Positions 16,337 to 25,938 of a stretch of 49,362 nt of DNA are shown here, piece by piece; the first letter of the stretch is position 1; each line of letters begins with the position of its first letter. Origin of the DNA: a virus (taxonomy: Duplodnaviria > Heunggongvirae > Uroviricota > Caudoviricetes); the IMG/VR virus record IMGVR_UViG_3300021255_000139, one strand, 5' to 3'. The position numbers and the translations under genes are program-made. The notes below the pieces were generated by a model, which had not been told where the DNA came from, did no database searches, and saw only the letters and a list, made by a program, of their open reading frames with translations.

Positions 16337-19303
16337 ATGCGTTATAAATATGAATTGTCAAACGAAATCATTCCGCAGGATCAGCGCAGTGATATCAATA
16401 ATAAAATTGAATACATTATCAATAATGGATTATCTGAATCAGAAACGGGTATTTCAAAGGATGATATTTTTAACGCATATACAGGCAAGGGCGGTTTGCA
16501 TGGTCTTTCTTATGGTAATTACGGCAATTATTACGATTATCAGAAAGCAAAGAGTGAGATTGAACAAGGGCAGTTTTTCACGCCTTATCCGCTTGTTTCT
16601 TTTATCTATGATTGTTTACACGTTACGGAGAATGATCTTGTTGCGGATTTAACCAGCGGTCACGGAGCATTTATTTCATGTTGCCCGAACGAGTCAAACT
16701 TTTATGCTTGCGAATTGGACACACAGCCGTATGCAGTCAGTAAATATTTATATCCAAAAGCGCACATTGAGAATACTGATATCAGATTCTATGAGCCGGG
16801 AGTATCGTTAGATTATGTGGTCGGAAATCCACCTTATAATCTTAGCTGGCGAAAAGACGGTATCGGATATTTAAGCGAAGTTTATTATTGCTTGAAAGCT
16901 GCAGAACTTCTTAAACCAGCCGGGATTATGGCTATCATTGTGCCGGGATCGTTTTGTGATGATGATTTTGCCGACAAGAGCAAGATCGAATTGATTAACA
17001 AACATTTCAATTTTATATGTCAGGTGCAGCTTAACAAAAATACATTTAAACATTTAGGTGTTACAAATTATTCGACAAAGATTATATTTTTACAGAAGAA
17101 ATCAGAAATACTTGAAAGCGTTGATTATAAAGTTGGGCAATATGTAGAAGGTAATTCTATTTTTATTTGGTCGCATTATTTAAAGCCTATTACAGAGAAG
17201 AGACAGACTATTAAACAGCAGTTGTTTCTTGAAATGATGCGGAGTAATAAAGGCGGTGCAGAGTGGCAGTATAAAGTTGAAAAACTGTTATACGATATCA
17301 AAAGACATCCAGCAACAAAAGAATATTATGCGGAGTGTTGTGAATATCTGAATAGATTTAAGACGCAGAAGAAGCCAGATCACATAAATTACGATGAATG
17401 GGAGAAAATTAAACTCACAGAAGCGGATGTTGTAAAGAAATTAAAAGGCGTTTTAAAGTCTCAGAATCCGCACAAGAGTCAACAGAACAGACTTATTAAA
17501 GATAACTATTCGGTTAGGTATAATGACAAGGTTGTTTCTATCAATGATTTGATCCTTGGATTATCTGATATGCCATACTATGAGAAGTGGCTTGATAAAC
17601 TAATCAGCCAAAAAAGAGAAGCATATAATATCCAGTCGCAGAATTTTACACTGATGGAACAAGATAGGCAGATTGCGAATTGGTTGGAAAGTTTCAAACT
17701 GGAATCATCGGATGATATTATTTATTTGAATGACGTTCAGAAGCATGATATAAACCTTTTCTTACAAAAGCCGTATAGCTTTATTCAGTGGGAGCAAGGC
17801 AGCGGAAAGACTCTTGCCGGGATTGCAATAGGTCAATACAGAATGCGGTTTAATGGTGCGAGAAATGCGTTTGTAGTGTCAACAGCTATTTCTATTAAGA
17901 ATAATTGGAATGATGTTCTGGATCAGTTCAACATACCATATAGGATGATTGAAAACTATTCTGATATCAAAGAAATAAAGAATGGCGAGTTTGTAATTAT
18001 TACATTAAATATTTTGTGCAAATACTACAAACAAGTTAAGCAGTTTATTAAGATGCTGAATCAGAAAGCCGTATTGATCTTTGATGAAAGCGATTCTATG
18101 AGTAATATGGATAGCAAAAGAACAAAAGCAGTTTTGGCAGCATTTCGTAAGCTGAAGTATAAAACTCTTATGACTGGCACAAGCACGAGAAATAATATTG
18201 CAGAGATTTATCCTCAGTTGGAACTTCTGTATAACAATTCTTGCAATATGATTAGCAAGTGTGAATATGTATCAGAACACAATAAAGATGGAGAACTTGA
18301 AGAAGTCTCAAATGATTATTATATGTGTGTTTATCCAGCATACAAAAAAGGATTCAAATTATTCACAGCAAGTCACATCCCGGAGAAAATTACAGTCTTT
18401 GGAGTAAGTCAGTTTACGCAGGATGTTCAGAATGCGGATGCTTTAAAAGAAATCATTGATAAAACAATCATTACACGAACTTTTGAAGCAGTTACGGGAA
18501 AAGATTTATACGAAATCAAACAGTATACTTGCCCGATGGGAAAAGAAGAAAAGAAAGTTTATGATATTGCAATCAATGAGTTTTATAAAATGGAGTATCT
18601 TTTCTCTAAAACTGGCAATAGTCGCAAAGATGCAATGCTGAAAATCTTAAACCAGCTTTTAGCACTGTTAAAGATTTGTGCAGCCCCACAAACTTTAAGA
18701 GAATATGATGATTCTGTCATGCCGGAGAAGTTTAAAACAGTTCTTTCATTATTGGATAAATGGAATGGTGAACGTGTTGCAATCGGAGTCAGACATATTT
18801 CAGTGGTAGAACAGTACGAGAAAGCAATTAAAGCAGCTTTTCCTTTTAGAAAAGTATTTGTTATTACTGGAAAAGAAGCAACATTGAAACAGCGAAAGAA
18901 GATTATCTCAGAATTAAAGAAGTGTAGAAACGGAATCTTGATCAGTACACAACAGTCATTATCAGCGTCAATGAATATTGATTTTGTAGACAAGTGTATT
19001 GTGCCGGAATTGCACTGGAACAACAGTAGTATGAGTCAGTATTATTTTCGTTTTATTAGATACACTTCAACCAGATTTAAAACAGTTGCATTTGTTACCT
19101 ATGAAAATAGTATTGAAAGTAATCTGTTAAAGATGGTGCTGATGAAAGATAAGCTGAATCTGTTTATGAAGTCGCAAGATATTACAGATGATGAACTTTA
19201 TGAACGATTCGGAGTAGATTCTAATATGTTACAAAACCTTATGTATAAAGAAAAAACGGAGGATGGCTATGTCTTACGGTGGGGCGAACAGAAAATATCA
19301 TAA
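16337..19303 (+). CDS. N6-adenine DNA methyltransferase - SNF2-like helicase fusion (DarB-like)
   Basis: GQFFTP, ADLTSGHG (motif I), VVGNPPY (motif IV); WEQGSGKT (Walker A), FDESD (Walker B), MTGTS; start ATG 16337 after AGGAGG. Confidence 0.85.
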   Translation: MRYKYELSNEIIPQDQRSDINNKIEYIINNGLSESETGISKDDIFNAYTGKGGLHGLSYGNYGNYYDYQKAKSEIEQGQFFTPYPLVSFIYDCLHVTENDLVADLTSGHGAFISCCPNESNFYACELDTQPYAVSKYLYPKAHIENTDIRFYEPGVSLDYVVGNPPYNLSWRKDGIGYLSEVYYCLKAAELLKPAGIMAIIVPGSFCDDDFADKSKIELINKHFNFICQVQLNKNTFKHLGVTNYSTKIIFLQKKSEILESVDYKVGQYVEGNSIFIWSHYLKPITEKRQTIKQQLFLEMMRSNKGGAEWQYKVEKLLYDIKRHPATKEYYAECCEYLNRFKTQKKPDHINYDEWEKIKLTEADVVKKLKGVLKSQNPHKSQQNRLIKDNYSVRYNDKVVSINDLILGLSDMPYYEKWLDKLISQKREAYNIQSQNFTLMEQDRQIANWLESFKLESSDDIIYLNDVQKHDINLFLQKPYSFIQWEQGSGKTLAGIAIGQYRMRFNGARNAFVVSTAISIKNNWNDVLDQFNIPYRMIENYSDIKEIKNGEFVIITLNILCKYYKQVKQFIKMLNQKAVLIFDESDSMSNMDSKRTKAVLAAFRKLKYKTLMTGTSTRNNIAEIYPQLELLYNNSCNMISKCEYVSEHNKDGELEEVSNDYYMCVYPAYKKGFKLFTASHIPEKITVFGVSQFTQDVQNADALKEIIDKTIITRTFEAVTGKDLYEIKQYTCPMGKEEKKVYDIAINEFYKMEYLFSKTGNSRKDAMLKILNQLLALLKICAAPQTLREYDDSVMPEKFKTVLSLLDKWNGERVAIGVRHISVVEQYEKAIKAAFPFRKVFVITGKEATLKQRKKIISELKKCRNGILISTQQSLSASMNIDFVDKCIVPELHWNNSSMSQYYFRFIRYTSTRFKTVAFVTYENSIESNLLKMVLMKDKLNLFMKSQDITDDELYERFGVDSNMLQNLMYKEKTEDGYVLRWGEQKIS

Positions 19304-19652
19304 TAAACAGATAAAGAATAACAGAAAAGAAAACAGAATAAATGGAGTCTGGCAGAATAAAATCGGTAGCAGAACAGGATTGTTTGATAAAAATGGTGTT
19401 GAAATTTGTGTTGGTGATCTTGTTCGTTATGATAATGGCAGAGGTCAGACTTGGAGAACAAGACACATTACATATACTGGGAAAGTATTTTGGGATCACG
19501 AAACTAAATCATATGTCATAGCGTGGGGCAAGTGGTACGGAGATGATGATAATAAACTTGAAAATTATGGAAAATGTATCACGATCCCGGCAGATAATGG
19601 CGGTAGAATGCACTTTGAAATTATTGAAGGACGAGAGAAAGAAGCAGTGTAA
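19269..19652 (+). CDS. YopX-like protein
   Basis: TGLFDKNGVEICVGDLV motif; GGAGG before ATG 19269. Confidence 0.7.
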   Translation: MSYGGANRKYHNKQIKNNRKENRINGVWQNKIGSRTGLFDKNGVEICVGDLVRYDNGRGQTWRTRHITYTGKVFWDHETKSYVIAWGKWYGDDDNKLENYGKCITIPADNGGRMHFEIIEGREKEAV

Positions 19653-19993
19653 TGTCATTTCAATATAATAGAGATTATCAATATTACTATGAATTTCTGA
19701 AAATGAAGAACAATCAAACGGCGGTCATAGCTTTTATAAAATACGACTATGATCGCCACACAGACTATTATGTTGTCTTTGGTATTGCTAATAAGAAAAA
19801 GATTTTACAAGCATGGTTAGATGAAACCGGGAACGGAGATATCGAACTTCAAACAACGGGCAAAAGCGGATCAGTAGAAGGTTTGATTTGGGCGTATAAA
19901 AAAATACAAGAATTTGCAAATGAATTTCATAGTGATAAAAATGTAAAGGAAAGAAAGATTATAGTGATGGCAAGTGATAGCAGAAGATATTGA
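19652..19993 (+). CDS. Hypothetical protein
   Basis: 113-aa ORF, TAATG coupling. Confidence 0.7.
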   Translation: MSFQYNRDYQYYYEFLKMKNNQTAVIAFIKYDYDRHTDYYVVFGIANKKKILQAWLDETGNGDIELQTTGKSGSVEGLIWAYKKIQEFANEFHSDKNVKERKIIVMASDSRRY

Positions 19994-20022
19994 AAATATT
20001 TTGAGAAATAAATAAATACCTA

Positions 20023-20083
20023 TTGACATTCTATAAGTGGTGTGGTAATATATACTCAACAGGAAACATACAAGACACAACTT
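20023..20083 (+). promoter_or_regulatory. sigmaA-type promoter + ACACAACTT box
   Basis: TTGACA 20023-20028; box 20075-20083. Confidence 0.75.
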
Positions 20084-20108
20084 AAAAGAAAAATAGGAGG
20101 TAACAAAA

Positions 20109-21263
20109 ATGAAAAGACAGGCAATTCCGATGAAAGTAAAGAATCTTCACAAGATGTATCAGAGAAACAATCTTACATTTGAGAATGAGATTCAGAGAGT
20201 ATTCGAGCAGTGGAAAGATGATCAGAAGAGTTTGCTGATTCATTCTATTTTGGATGATTACATTATTCCACCTATCTATCTTATCAAAGAAGATAAAGGC
20301 AGCAAAGATTCTCGTGGTCGAGCAATTAGTGACTATGATGTTCTGGATGGAAAGCAGAGACTCACAACTGTATTTGACTATATTGAAGATAAGTTCGCAC
20401 TTTCCGACATTACACCAACTATTGAGATTGACGAAGAAGAATATGAACTTGCTGGGAAAAGATTTAGCGAACTTGATGAAGAACTTCAGGAGAATATCAC
20501 AAATTACGGATTCACTATTTATAACCTTGAAGGTAATAGCGATGAAGAGGTTGAAGAATTTTTCCTTAGAATTAATGGTGGCGTAAGTCTTTCAAAGAAC
20601 CAGATCACAAAAGGAAAAGTTGGTATTAAGACAATGAGATACTTGAACAAGCTGCTTGCTGAAAAGTTTTTCACAGAAGTATGCAACTTCTCAGGAGCGC
20701 AGAGTAAGACTGAAGTTAATCTTTGTGTTCTTTTACAGTCAGCTATGATGTTTGACGTGAACGCCGGGCGTTATGAGTTTTCGACATTCTCAGAGAACGA
20801 TGTTCAGAAGTATGGTGCGAGTTTGCATGACTCAATCAATGAAGAGACAATGCAGAAACTTGAAGCTGTCATCGGTTATCTGAATGAAGCGTTTGATGGT
20901 TGTGAGAAGAAAGAAAAGTTTCTGAAAAAGACTCATATTCCGATGGTTGTTTTAATTGCAGACTATGCAATGGAAAATGAGATTGAGCCGGATCAGTTCA
21001 GAGAATGGTTTGATGATTTTGCATACAACTATTATAACCCGGAATGCGAATATGCTGAATATTGTGGTGCTGGCAGCGTCAAGAAGCCGAAGGTATTTGG
21101 ACGTATCGAAGTTATGAAGAATCATTTCTCAAACTACTTCAATCTTTCCAGCGAAAAAGATACAGAACAGGACATTGAGGAAGAAGAACCGAACATTGAA
21201 GAAGAAAAAGCGGACATTGCACAGTCTATTATGGATGATGTAGATGATCTTCCGTTCATGTAA
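20109..21263 (+). CDS. DUF262 (ParB/Srx-fold, GmrS-like) domain protein with acidic tail
   Basis: QR...W...QKSLLIHSIL..Y.IPPIYL, DVLDGKQRLTT, FLRINGG. Confidence 0.85.
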   Translation: MKRQAIPMKVKNLHKMYQRNNLTFENEIQRVFEQWKDDQKSLLIHSILDDYIIPPIYLIKEDKGSKDSRGRAISDYDVLDGKQRLTTVFDYIEDKFALSDITPTIEIDEEEYELAGKRFSELDEELQENITNYGFTIYNLEGNSDEEVEEFFLRINGGVSLSKNQITKGKVGIKTMRYLNKLLAEKFFTEVCNFSGAQSKTEVNLCVLLQSAMMFDVNAGRYEFSTFSENDVQKYGASLHDSINEETMQKLEAVIGYLNEAFDGCEKKEKFLKKTHIPMVVLIADYAMENEIEPDQFREWFDDFAYNYYNPECEYAEYCGAGSVKKPKVFGRIEVMKNHFSNYFNLSSEKDTEQDIEEEEPNIEEEKADIAQSIMDDVDDLPFM

Positions 21264-21350
21264 AGGTGATAATTATGATTAAGAACAACTATGATAGAAA
21301 ACATCCAGAAATGGAATTTCCGTAAATTATAATGAATAAATAAATAATAC

Positions 21351-21379
21351 TTGACAACTAAAAGAAAAACTAATATAAT
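21351..21379 (+). promoter_or_regulatory. sigmaA-type promoter (no ACACAACTT box)
   Basis: TTGACA-17-TATAAT. Confidence 0.75.
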
Positions 21380-21402
21380 ACAAAAGAAGGGAGTGAGATG
21401 AA

Positions 21403-21654
21403 GTGTCAAATACAAATGTAGGACGGATCAAGAACAAGAAAATACAAAAGAATAATACTTCCGGGTGTTCTGGCGTTTCATGGCATTCCCGGATGGGGCG
21501 GTGGTCAGCAAGAATTTCATTTAAGGGAAAGACTTACAACTTAGGTTACTTTGATAGACTGGAAGATGCGATTGCAAAAAGAAAGTCAGCAGAAAAGAAA
21601 ACCTTTGATGAATTTTTGGCAGACTTAGAGAGTAAGAAAACAATAAAGATATAA
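21403..21654 (+). CDS. AP2-domain DNA-binding protein
   Basis: NNTSGCSGVSW...W.ARI...GK.YNLGYF...EDAI..R..AE. Confidence 0.85.
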   Translation: MSNTNVGRIKNKKIQKNNTSGCSGVSWHSRMGRWSARISFKGKTYNLGYFDRLEDAIAKRKSAEKKTFDEFLADLESKKTIKI

Positions 21655-21674
21655 AGACAGAAAGGAAAATCAAG

Positions 21675-22418
21675 ATGATTGCACAGCGTTATACGATTAG
21701 CGATGTAAACACAATGGTAACTTTTGGTAATGGAGATGTTGCTATTTCCGGCAAGGTGGCGAAAATCCGTATGGATGGTAAAGAAGGAAATTTCGGTATT
21801 ATTGATTTTACTGAAATGAAAGAGCCACAGGACGTAGGCAGCGGAGTTCCAGACGAGAACACAGCAGATAATAATTCTGGTGTCAGTCTTGTTTTCTCGA
21901 ACCCTGAAAGCATTGATGTTCTTATCGCACAGCTTAGAGCAGTTAAAAAGACTCTTAAAGAAGTGGAGAGAAATAATCTTCCTAAATTCAAGGTCAAAAT
22001 GAAGGATATTATTGTTGATCCGTCATTCCAGAGAACAAGACCGCTGCCGGAAAAGATTATGCAGTGTTACAATACATATAAAAACACTGGCGATTTTGGC
22101 AAGAATATTTTTGTTTCACCTAATCTCGTGATCAAAGATGGGTATGTTGCTTATCTGGTCGCAGAATTTGAGAACGTAGAAGAAGTCGATGTAATTGCCC
22201 CGGAAGGTATTACAATCAACCTTAACGGAGCTGTAGTAACTTTTATGGACAGTAATGTTGCCGTAGATGTTAAAGGAGAGCCGGAAAAGGGTAATTTCTC
22301 GTTTAAGATTAACGGTAAAGAAATTCCAGTGAAGGATGTCGCAGATGCGGATGCGGTACTGAAAAAGATTACATCAGTATTCAAGCCCGTATATACATCA
22401 ACGAGTCATTGTGATTGA
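21675..22418 (+). CDS. Hypothetical protein with central ParB-like segment
   Basis: IIVDPSFQRTRP...VIKDGYVAYL pattern. Confidence 0.6.
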   Translation: MIAQRYTISDVNTMVTFGNGDVAISGKVAKIRMDGKEGNFGIIDFTEMKEPQDVGSGVPDENTADNNSGVSLVFSNPESIDVLIAQLRAVKKTLKEVERNNLPKFKVKMKDIIVDPSFQRTRPLPEKIMQCYNTYKNTGDFGKNIFVSPNLVIKDGYVAYLVAEFENVEEVDVIAPEGITINLNGAVVTFMDSNVAVDVKGEPEKGNFSFKINGKEIPVKDVADADAVLKKITSVFKPVYTSTSHCD

Positions 22419-22483
22419 TAGTGTGAATCAAAAGATACTCTTGCATGAAACATAAATAAATAACTGAAATGGAGTATCTATAA

Positions 22484-22783
22484 TTGATAAATCAAAAGGA
22501 ATTTGTTGATATGCTTTATGAGGATGTCAACGGTTGTGACAGAGAAGATCGTGTCACAAAAAAGGCACTATATGAAATGATTGGTACTATCTTTGATGGT
22601 ATTCAAAAGGCGTGTAAAAAATATGGTGGTGTAAAGTTCAATAATTTTGGAAACTTTGAAGTCAAAACAAGTCCGAAAAGGATCGGAAGAAATCCGAAAA
22701 CATTGGAAGAAGTGATGATGCAGCCAAGAAAAAGGATTCACTTCCGAACAGGTAAAGGTTTTAAAGAGTTTTTAGAGGCATAA
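22484..22783 (+). CDS. hup: HU/IHF-family histone-like DNA-binding protein
   Basis: VKFNNFGNFEVK...RIGRNPKT.E...KRIHFRTGK. Confidence 0.9.
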   Translation: MINQKEFVDMLYEDVNGCDREDRVTKKALYEMIGTIFDGIQKACKKYGGVKFNNFGNFEVKTSPKRIGRNPKTLEEVMMQPRKRIHFRTGKGFKEFLEA

Positions 22784-22797
22784 GGAAGGTTAGAACA

Positions 22798-23685
22798 ATG
22801 GCAAGATTTAAGGTTGGAGAATATGTGTTTGTTCCAAATGCTTATGAGGCAATCTGGAAAACGACATTATCAAGGATTGAAGAAATTGAAACTGAAAATA
22901 ATGTGGATGTTTATCTTTGTAAAGTTCTCCGTCATAATCTTGCCGCACGTTCTGATCCAGAATATGTTAATATGCCTTATCAAGATTATCAGGTATTTCC
23001 ACGAACAGAACAAGGAAAACAACAGTGCGATGAATATGTTAGCAATTATTATTATAGTGGTCTTTGCAATGGTTGTAAATACGAAGAAATTGCTGGTCAG
23101 ATATGGAAATGCACAGAATGTGAACATTGTATAGCAGACGAGGTTGACGATCCTACTAAACCGAAGCCGATGCGCTGCGAGTTCACCGGGATTATTGTAT
23201 CTGAATTTTATAGACAGAGCAACAGCATTGAGGCGTGTAAGAAGTTTTCTCCGTTTCGTCCACAGCATAAGAGAGATTTTAATTCGTGGGAGCAGTACAA
23301 TGATTATCTGATGAATTGTGAGTTCAACAAGAATTGTATTCATCATAAAGAGAGTGCATGGAAAACTTGCACTTATGAACATTATATGGATGAAGAACTC
23401 ATAAAGATTCCTTTTAGTTTTGTATTTCATAATAGGGAAGTCACAGGAGTTAAAATCACACGAAGGAGATGGATTGAACAATCCTTTCTTTTGGATGGGA
23501 AATTACACTGTTATTCAGTTCATTTTAAGTATCAATTAAATAAACGAGGACTTCCAAGAAAAGAAGATCAACCAATATTTGTTAGCTTTCCAGTCGATGA
23601 AAACGATTCGAATGGATTATATAAAGAAGTGATTATTGATATTGAATCTGGGGAAATGATTGGTGAAACTGGTTCAAAAATTTGA
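22798..23685 (+). CDS. Cys-rich hypothetical protein
   Basis: 295-aa ORF with several CxxC motifs. Confidence 0.75.
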   Translation: MARFKVGEYVFVPNAYEAIWKTTLSRIEEIETENNVDVYLCKVLRHNLAARSDPEYVNMPYQDYQVFPRTEQGKQQCDEYVSNYYYSGLCNGCKYEEIAGQIWKCTECEHCIADEVDDPTKPKPMRCEFTGIIVSEFYRQSNSIEACKKFSPFRPQHKRDFNSWEQYNDYLMNCEFNKNCIHHKESAWKTCTYEHYMDEELIKIPFSFVFHNREVTGVKITRRRWIEQSFLLDGKLHCYSVHFKYQLNKRGLPRKEDQPIFVSFPVDENDSNGLYKEVIIDIESGEMIGETGSKI

Positions 23686-23714
23686 TTGACAAATGAATAA
23701 ATATACTATATAAT
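23686..23714 (+). promoter_or_regulatory. tmRNA promoter
   Basis: TTGACA-17-TATAAT immediately upstream of tmRNA. Confidence 0.85.
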
Positions 23715-23725
23715 ACAAGATGCAT

Positions 23726-24060
23726 GGGGATGTAAAGGTTTCGACAGGGTATTGAGGATATATAATGCATGGGGTGGCAACCTTAAAGCCAAAAGAAAAA
23801 TAAACGCAAACGAATATAAAGCGGCGGCTTAACGCAACTCTCTTTCTGAGTCAAAGTCAGATTATATCTGATAGATTCAACCTAATATAAAAAAGTTCAA
23901 AGTTTCTCTGTTCTTTCAAAACAGAGTGGTGGACTAAAACCAGAAAGCCCAAGGCAAGGAGTGCAGCAGTCCGGCAAGCCTTAATTGCAAACTGGCTATC
24001 ATGTAAGAATGTTATATATTCAAGGTATTTTGGACAGGGGTTCGATTCCCCTCATCTCCA
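23726..24060 (+). ncRNA. ssrA: tmRNA; tag reading frame ANEYKAAA* (23806-23832)
   Basis: 5' GGGGATGTAAAGGTTTCGACAGG; 3' GGACAGGGGTTCGATTCCCCTCATCTCCA; G3:U70 pair; TAAAC-GCA resume context; CCA not encoded. Confidence 0.95.
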
Positions 24061-24077
24061 TTTGATAGGAGGAAAGC

Positions 24078-24278
24078 ATGGACGATAGTTTCTTCAATGA
24101 GTTTTTCGGAGGACTGTTTAGTGGAAATTCAAAGCAACAGGAAGAGGAACTCAATAAATTATATTGGTCTGATCCGCAAAAATATCTTCAAAAGATTGAT
24201 AGAATGAAATCTTTAGGATATCGGATTTTGAGAAATAGTAAAGGAAAACATAAAGTAGAATTTAAGAATGCACATTAA
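24078..24278 (+). CDS. Small hypothetical protein
   Basis: 66-aa ORF, AGGAGG RBS. Confidence 0.7.
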   Translation: MDDSFFNEFFGGLFSGNSKQQEEELNKLYWSDPQKYLQKIDRMKSLGYRILRNSKGKHKVEFKNAH

Positions 24279-24456
24279 AGTAACTGATAATGAAGAGTTA
24301 GTCGCTGAAATACGACAGAAGCTACAAGAAAACGATAATTATTGTCCGAGTAAGTCAGAGAAAAGTCCAGAGACAAAATGTATATGTAAAGAATTTATTG
24401 ATTTGCCGGAAACAGGCGTTTGCAGATGTGGCTTATATAGAAAACTGGAAGTCTAA
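24268..24456 (+). CDS. Ferredoxin-thioredoxin reductase beta chain-like small protein
   Basis: NDNYCPS...KCICKEF...GVCRCGLY. Confidence 0.7.
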   Translation: MHIKVTDNEELVAEIRQKLQENDNYCPSKSEKSPETKCICKEFIDLPETGVCRCGLYRKLEV

Positions 24457-24484
24457 ATAAAATCACAGTTTTATTCACGTTTTA

Positions 24485-24532
24485 ATACAAGATATTGTGG
24501 TTGGCAACAACTTTAAACACAATATATAGTAG
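24485..24532 (+). promoter_or_regulatory. Tandem NrdR-box-like operators overlapping a TTGGCA-18-TATAGT promoter
   Basis: ATACAAGATATTGTGG (24485-24500) and ACACAATATATAGTAG (24517-24532), 32 bp apart. Confidence 0.65.
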
Positions 24533-24574
24533 GTCAAAAACAAAAACACAAAATATGACATCAGGAGGATAAAA

Positions 24575-24988
24575 ATGAAGATTGTAGGCAGAAATTACAC
24601 ACCAGACGTATCAATGTTGGAGAGAATTATCACTAAACTGAATGAAAAGTTTGATCCGCATGATGTATTTCATCATCAGGCGAATAATATTGAAATGTTC
24701 GAGGGTGAATACAATGTTACAAGTGATGATCTTGAATCATGGTGCATTAAATTTTTGGGTAATGTTATCTTCACCGGGGGAATTTATGGAGACTATGAAG
24801 ATTGTCAAGATGAAGATTATGTGACTCTCGAACCGAAGAACGAGCAGAAGATTTTCATGCTTGCGGTTTCTGGAACTATTGGTTTCATTAAGAATTTCAT
24901 GACTCTTGTTTCTTTTATGGATGTATCAGAAAAGAATATGACGGAGTGGATTGAGATTCTGAAGAAAGGACTGGACAATGAGAATTAA
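24575..24988 (+). CDS. Acidic hypothetical protein
   Basis: 137-aa ORF, AGGAGG RBS. Confidence 0.75.
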   Translation: MKIVGRNYTPDVSMLERIITKLNEKFDPHDVFHHQANNIEMFEGEYNVTSDDLESWCIKFLGNVIFTGGIYGDYEDCQDEDYVTLEPKNEQKIFMLAVSGTIGFIKNFMTLVSFMDVSEKNMTEWIEILKKGLDNEN

Positions 24989-25406
24989 ACCTATTGTTAT
25001 TTCCATTGTTGCGGTAGCTGCTATTGTCGGAGCGGCTACATTCTTTTACAACAAAAACATAAATACGACAGAACAGCCAAAAACAAAACTTGTTAAGTCT
25101 CTTGATTTTGGTGGCGAAGATGCAGAACGACTTGAACGTGCAGCAATCCTTGTTTCCGGCGAAAATCCGTCAAAAGAAACATTGGCATACAATGAGATGG
25201 TAATGCTCAACAGAGTGTGGACAGCCGACAAATTCGGAAAAAATATCCAGGAAGAAGTCGCAACATTGTGCCAACTGTACGGAATTACGGAAGAAGATTT
25301 TAACAAGATTAAGATTACTCGGCGTTCAGTAGAAGCAATGACAATGATTATTTTTGACAAATGGGATAAAACAGAACAGTCTACAATGTATCATTTTCGA
25401 TGGTGA
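24978..25406 (+). CDS. Membrane-anchored protein, degenerate SleB/Hydrolase_2-like domain
   Basis: N-terminal TM helix; VSGE...MVMLNRV. Confidence 0.5.
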   Translation: MRIKPIVISIVAVAAIVGAATFFYNKNINTTEQPKTKLVKSLDFGGEDAERLERAAILVSGENPSKETLAYNEMVMLNRVWTADKFGKNIQEEVATLCQLYGITEEDFNKIKITRRSVEAMTMIIFDKWDKTEQSTMYHFRW

Positions 25407-25410
25407 TAGA

Positions 25411-25653
25411 ATGATTAATTGTCCAGTTTGTAAATCATGCGATACAGAAAGAAAGGTTCAGCCAATTTGGTGTAGCACGTATTATGATATCAGTTATGAA
25501 TGTAAGAATTGTGGTGCGATATTTACACCAAAGATGTTATTTGATCAATGGAGAAGAAAAGATTATATAGGATCGCTGCAGATTACAGACCAAGCAATCC
25601 GAAAAAGCCTACATATTACGTTGTCGGATATTCCAAACAAGAAGCTAAAATGA
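25411..25653 (+). CDS. Zinc-ribbon protein
   Basis: CPVC...CKNC; start ATG 25411. Confidence 0.6.
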   Translation: MINCPVCKSCDTERKVQPIWCSTYYDISYECKNCGAIFTPKMLFDQWRRKDYIGSLQITDQAIRKSLHITLSDIPNKKLK

Positions 25654-25766
25654 AATTTCAAGATAGAATATCATGGTTAAAAATATGTGATATCGAGGAA
25701 ATACTTGAAGGAGAAGATATTGCGGAAGTAATGCTGAATCCGGCACGATATATTATAATCGAATAA
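25548..25766 (+). CDS. Small hypothetical protein
   Basis: 72-aa ORF overlapping the upstream ORF by about 105 nt; start uncertain. Confidence 0.55.
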   Translation: MEKKRLYRIAADYRPSNPKKPTYYVVGYSKQEAKMKFQDRISWLKICDIEEILEGEDIAEVMLNPARYIIIE

Positions 25767-25776
25767 GGAGAAGTCA

Positions 25777-25938
25777 ATGACTGAATTTGAGAAAGGCTTG
25801 CATTCAATGTTTGATCACATATGGGATTGTGAGATCACACATCCGATATTCCAAGATACGGTTGGCGATTTGATGAAAGCAGTCATCCAGCTTTATAATA
25901 GTTTATCAAAACCAGAACAAACGAAAGAAACGAAATGA
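25777..25938 (+). CDS. Small hypothetical protein (53 aa, not in ORF track)
   Basis: AAGGAG RBS; MTEFEKGLHSMFDHIWDCEITHPIFQDTVGDLMKAV... Confidence 0.7.
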   Translation: MTEFEKGLHSMFDHIWDCEITHPIFQDTVGDLMKAVIQLYNSLSKPEQTKETK

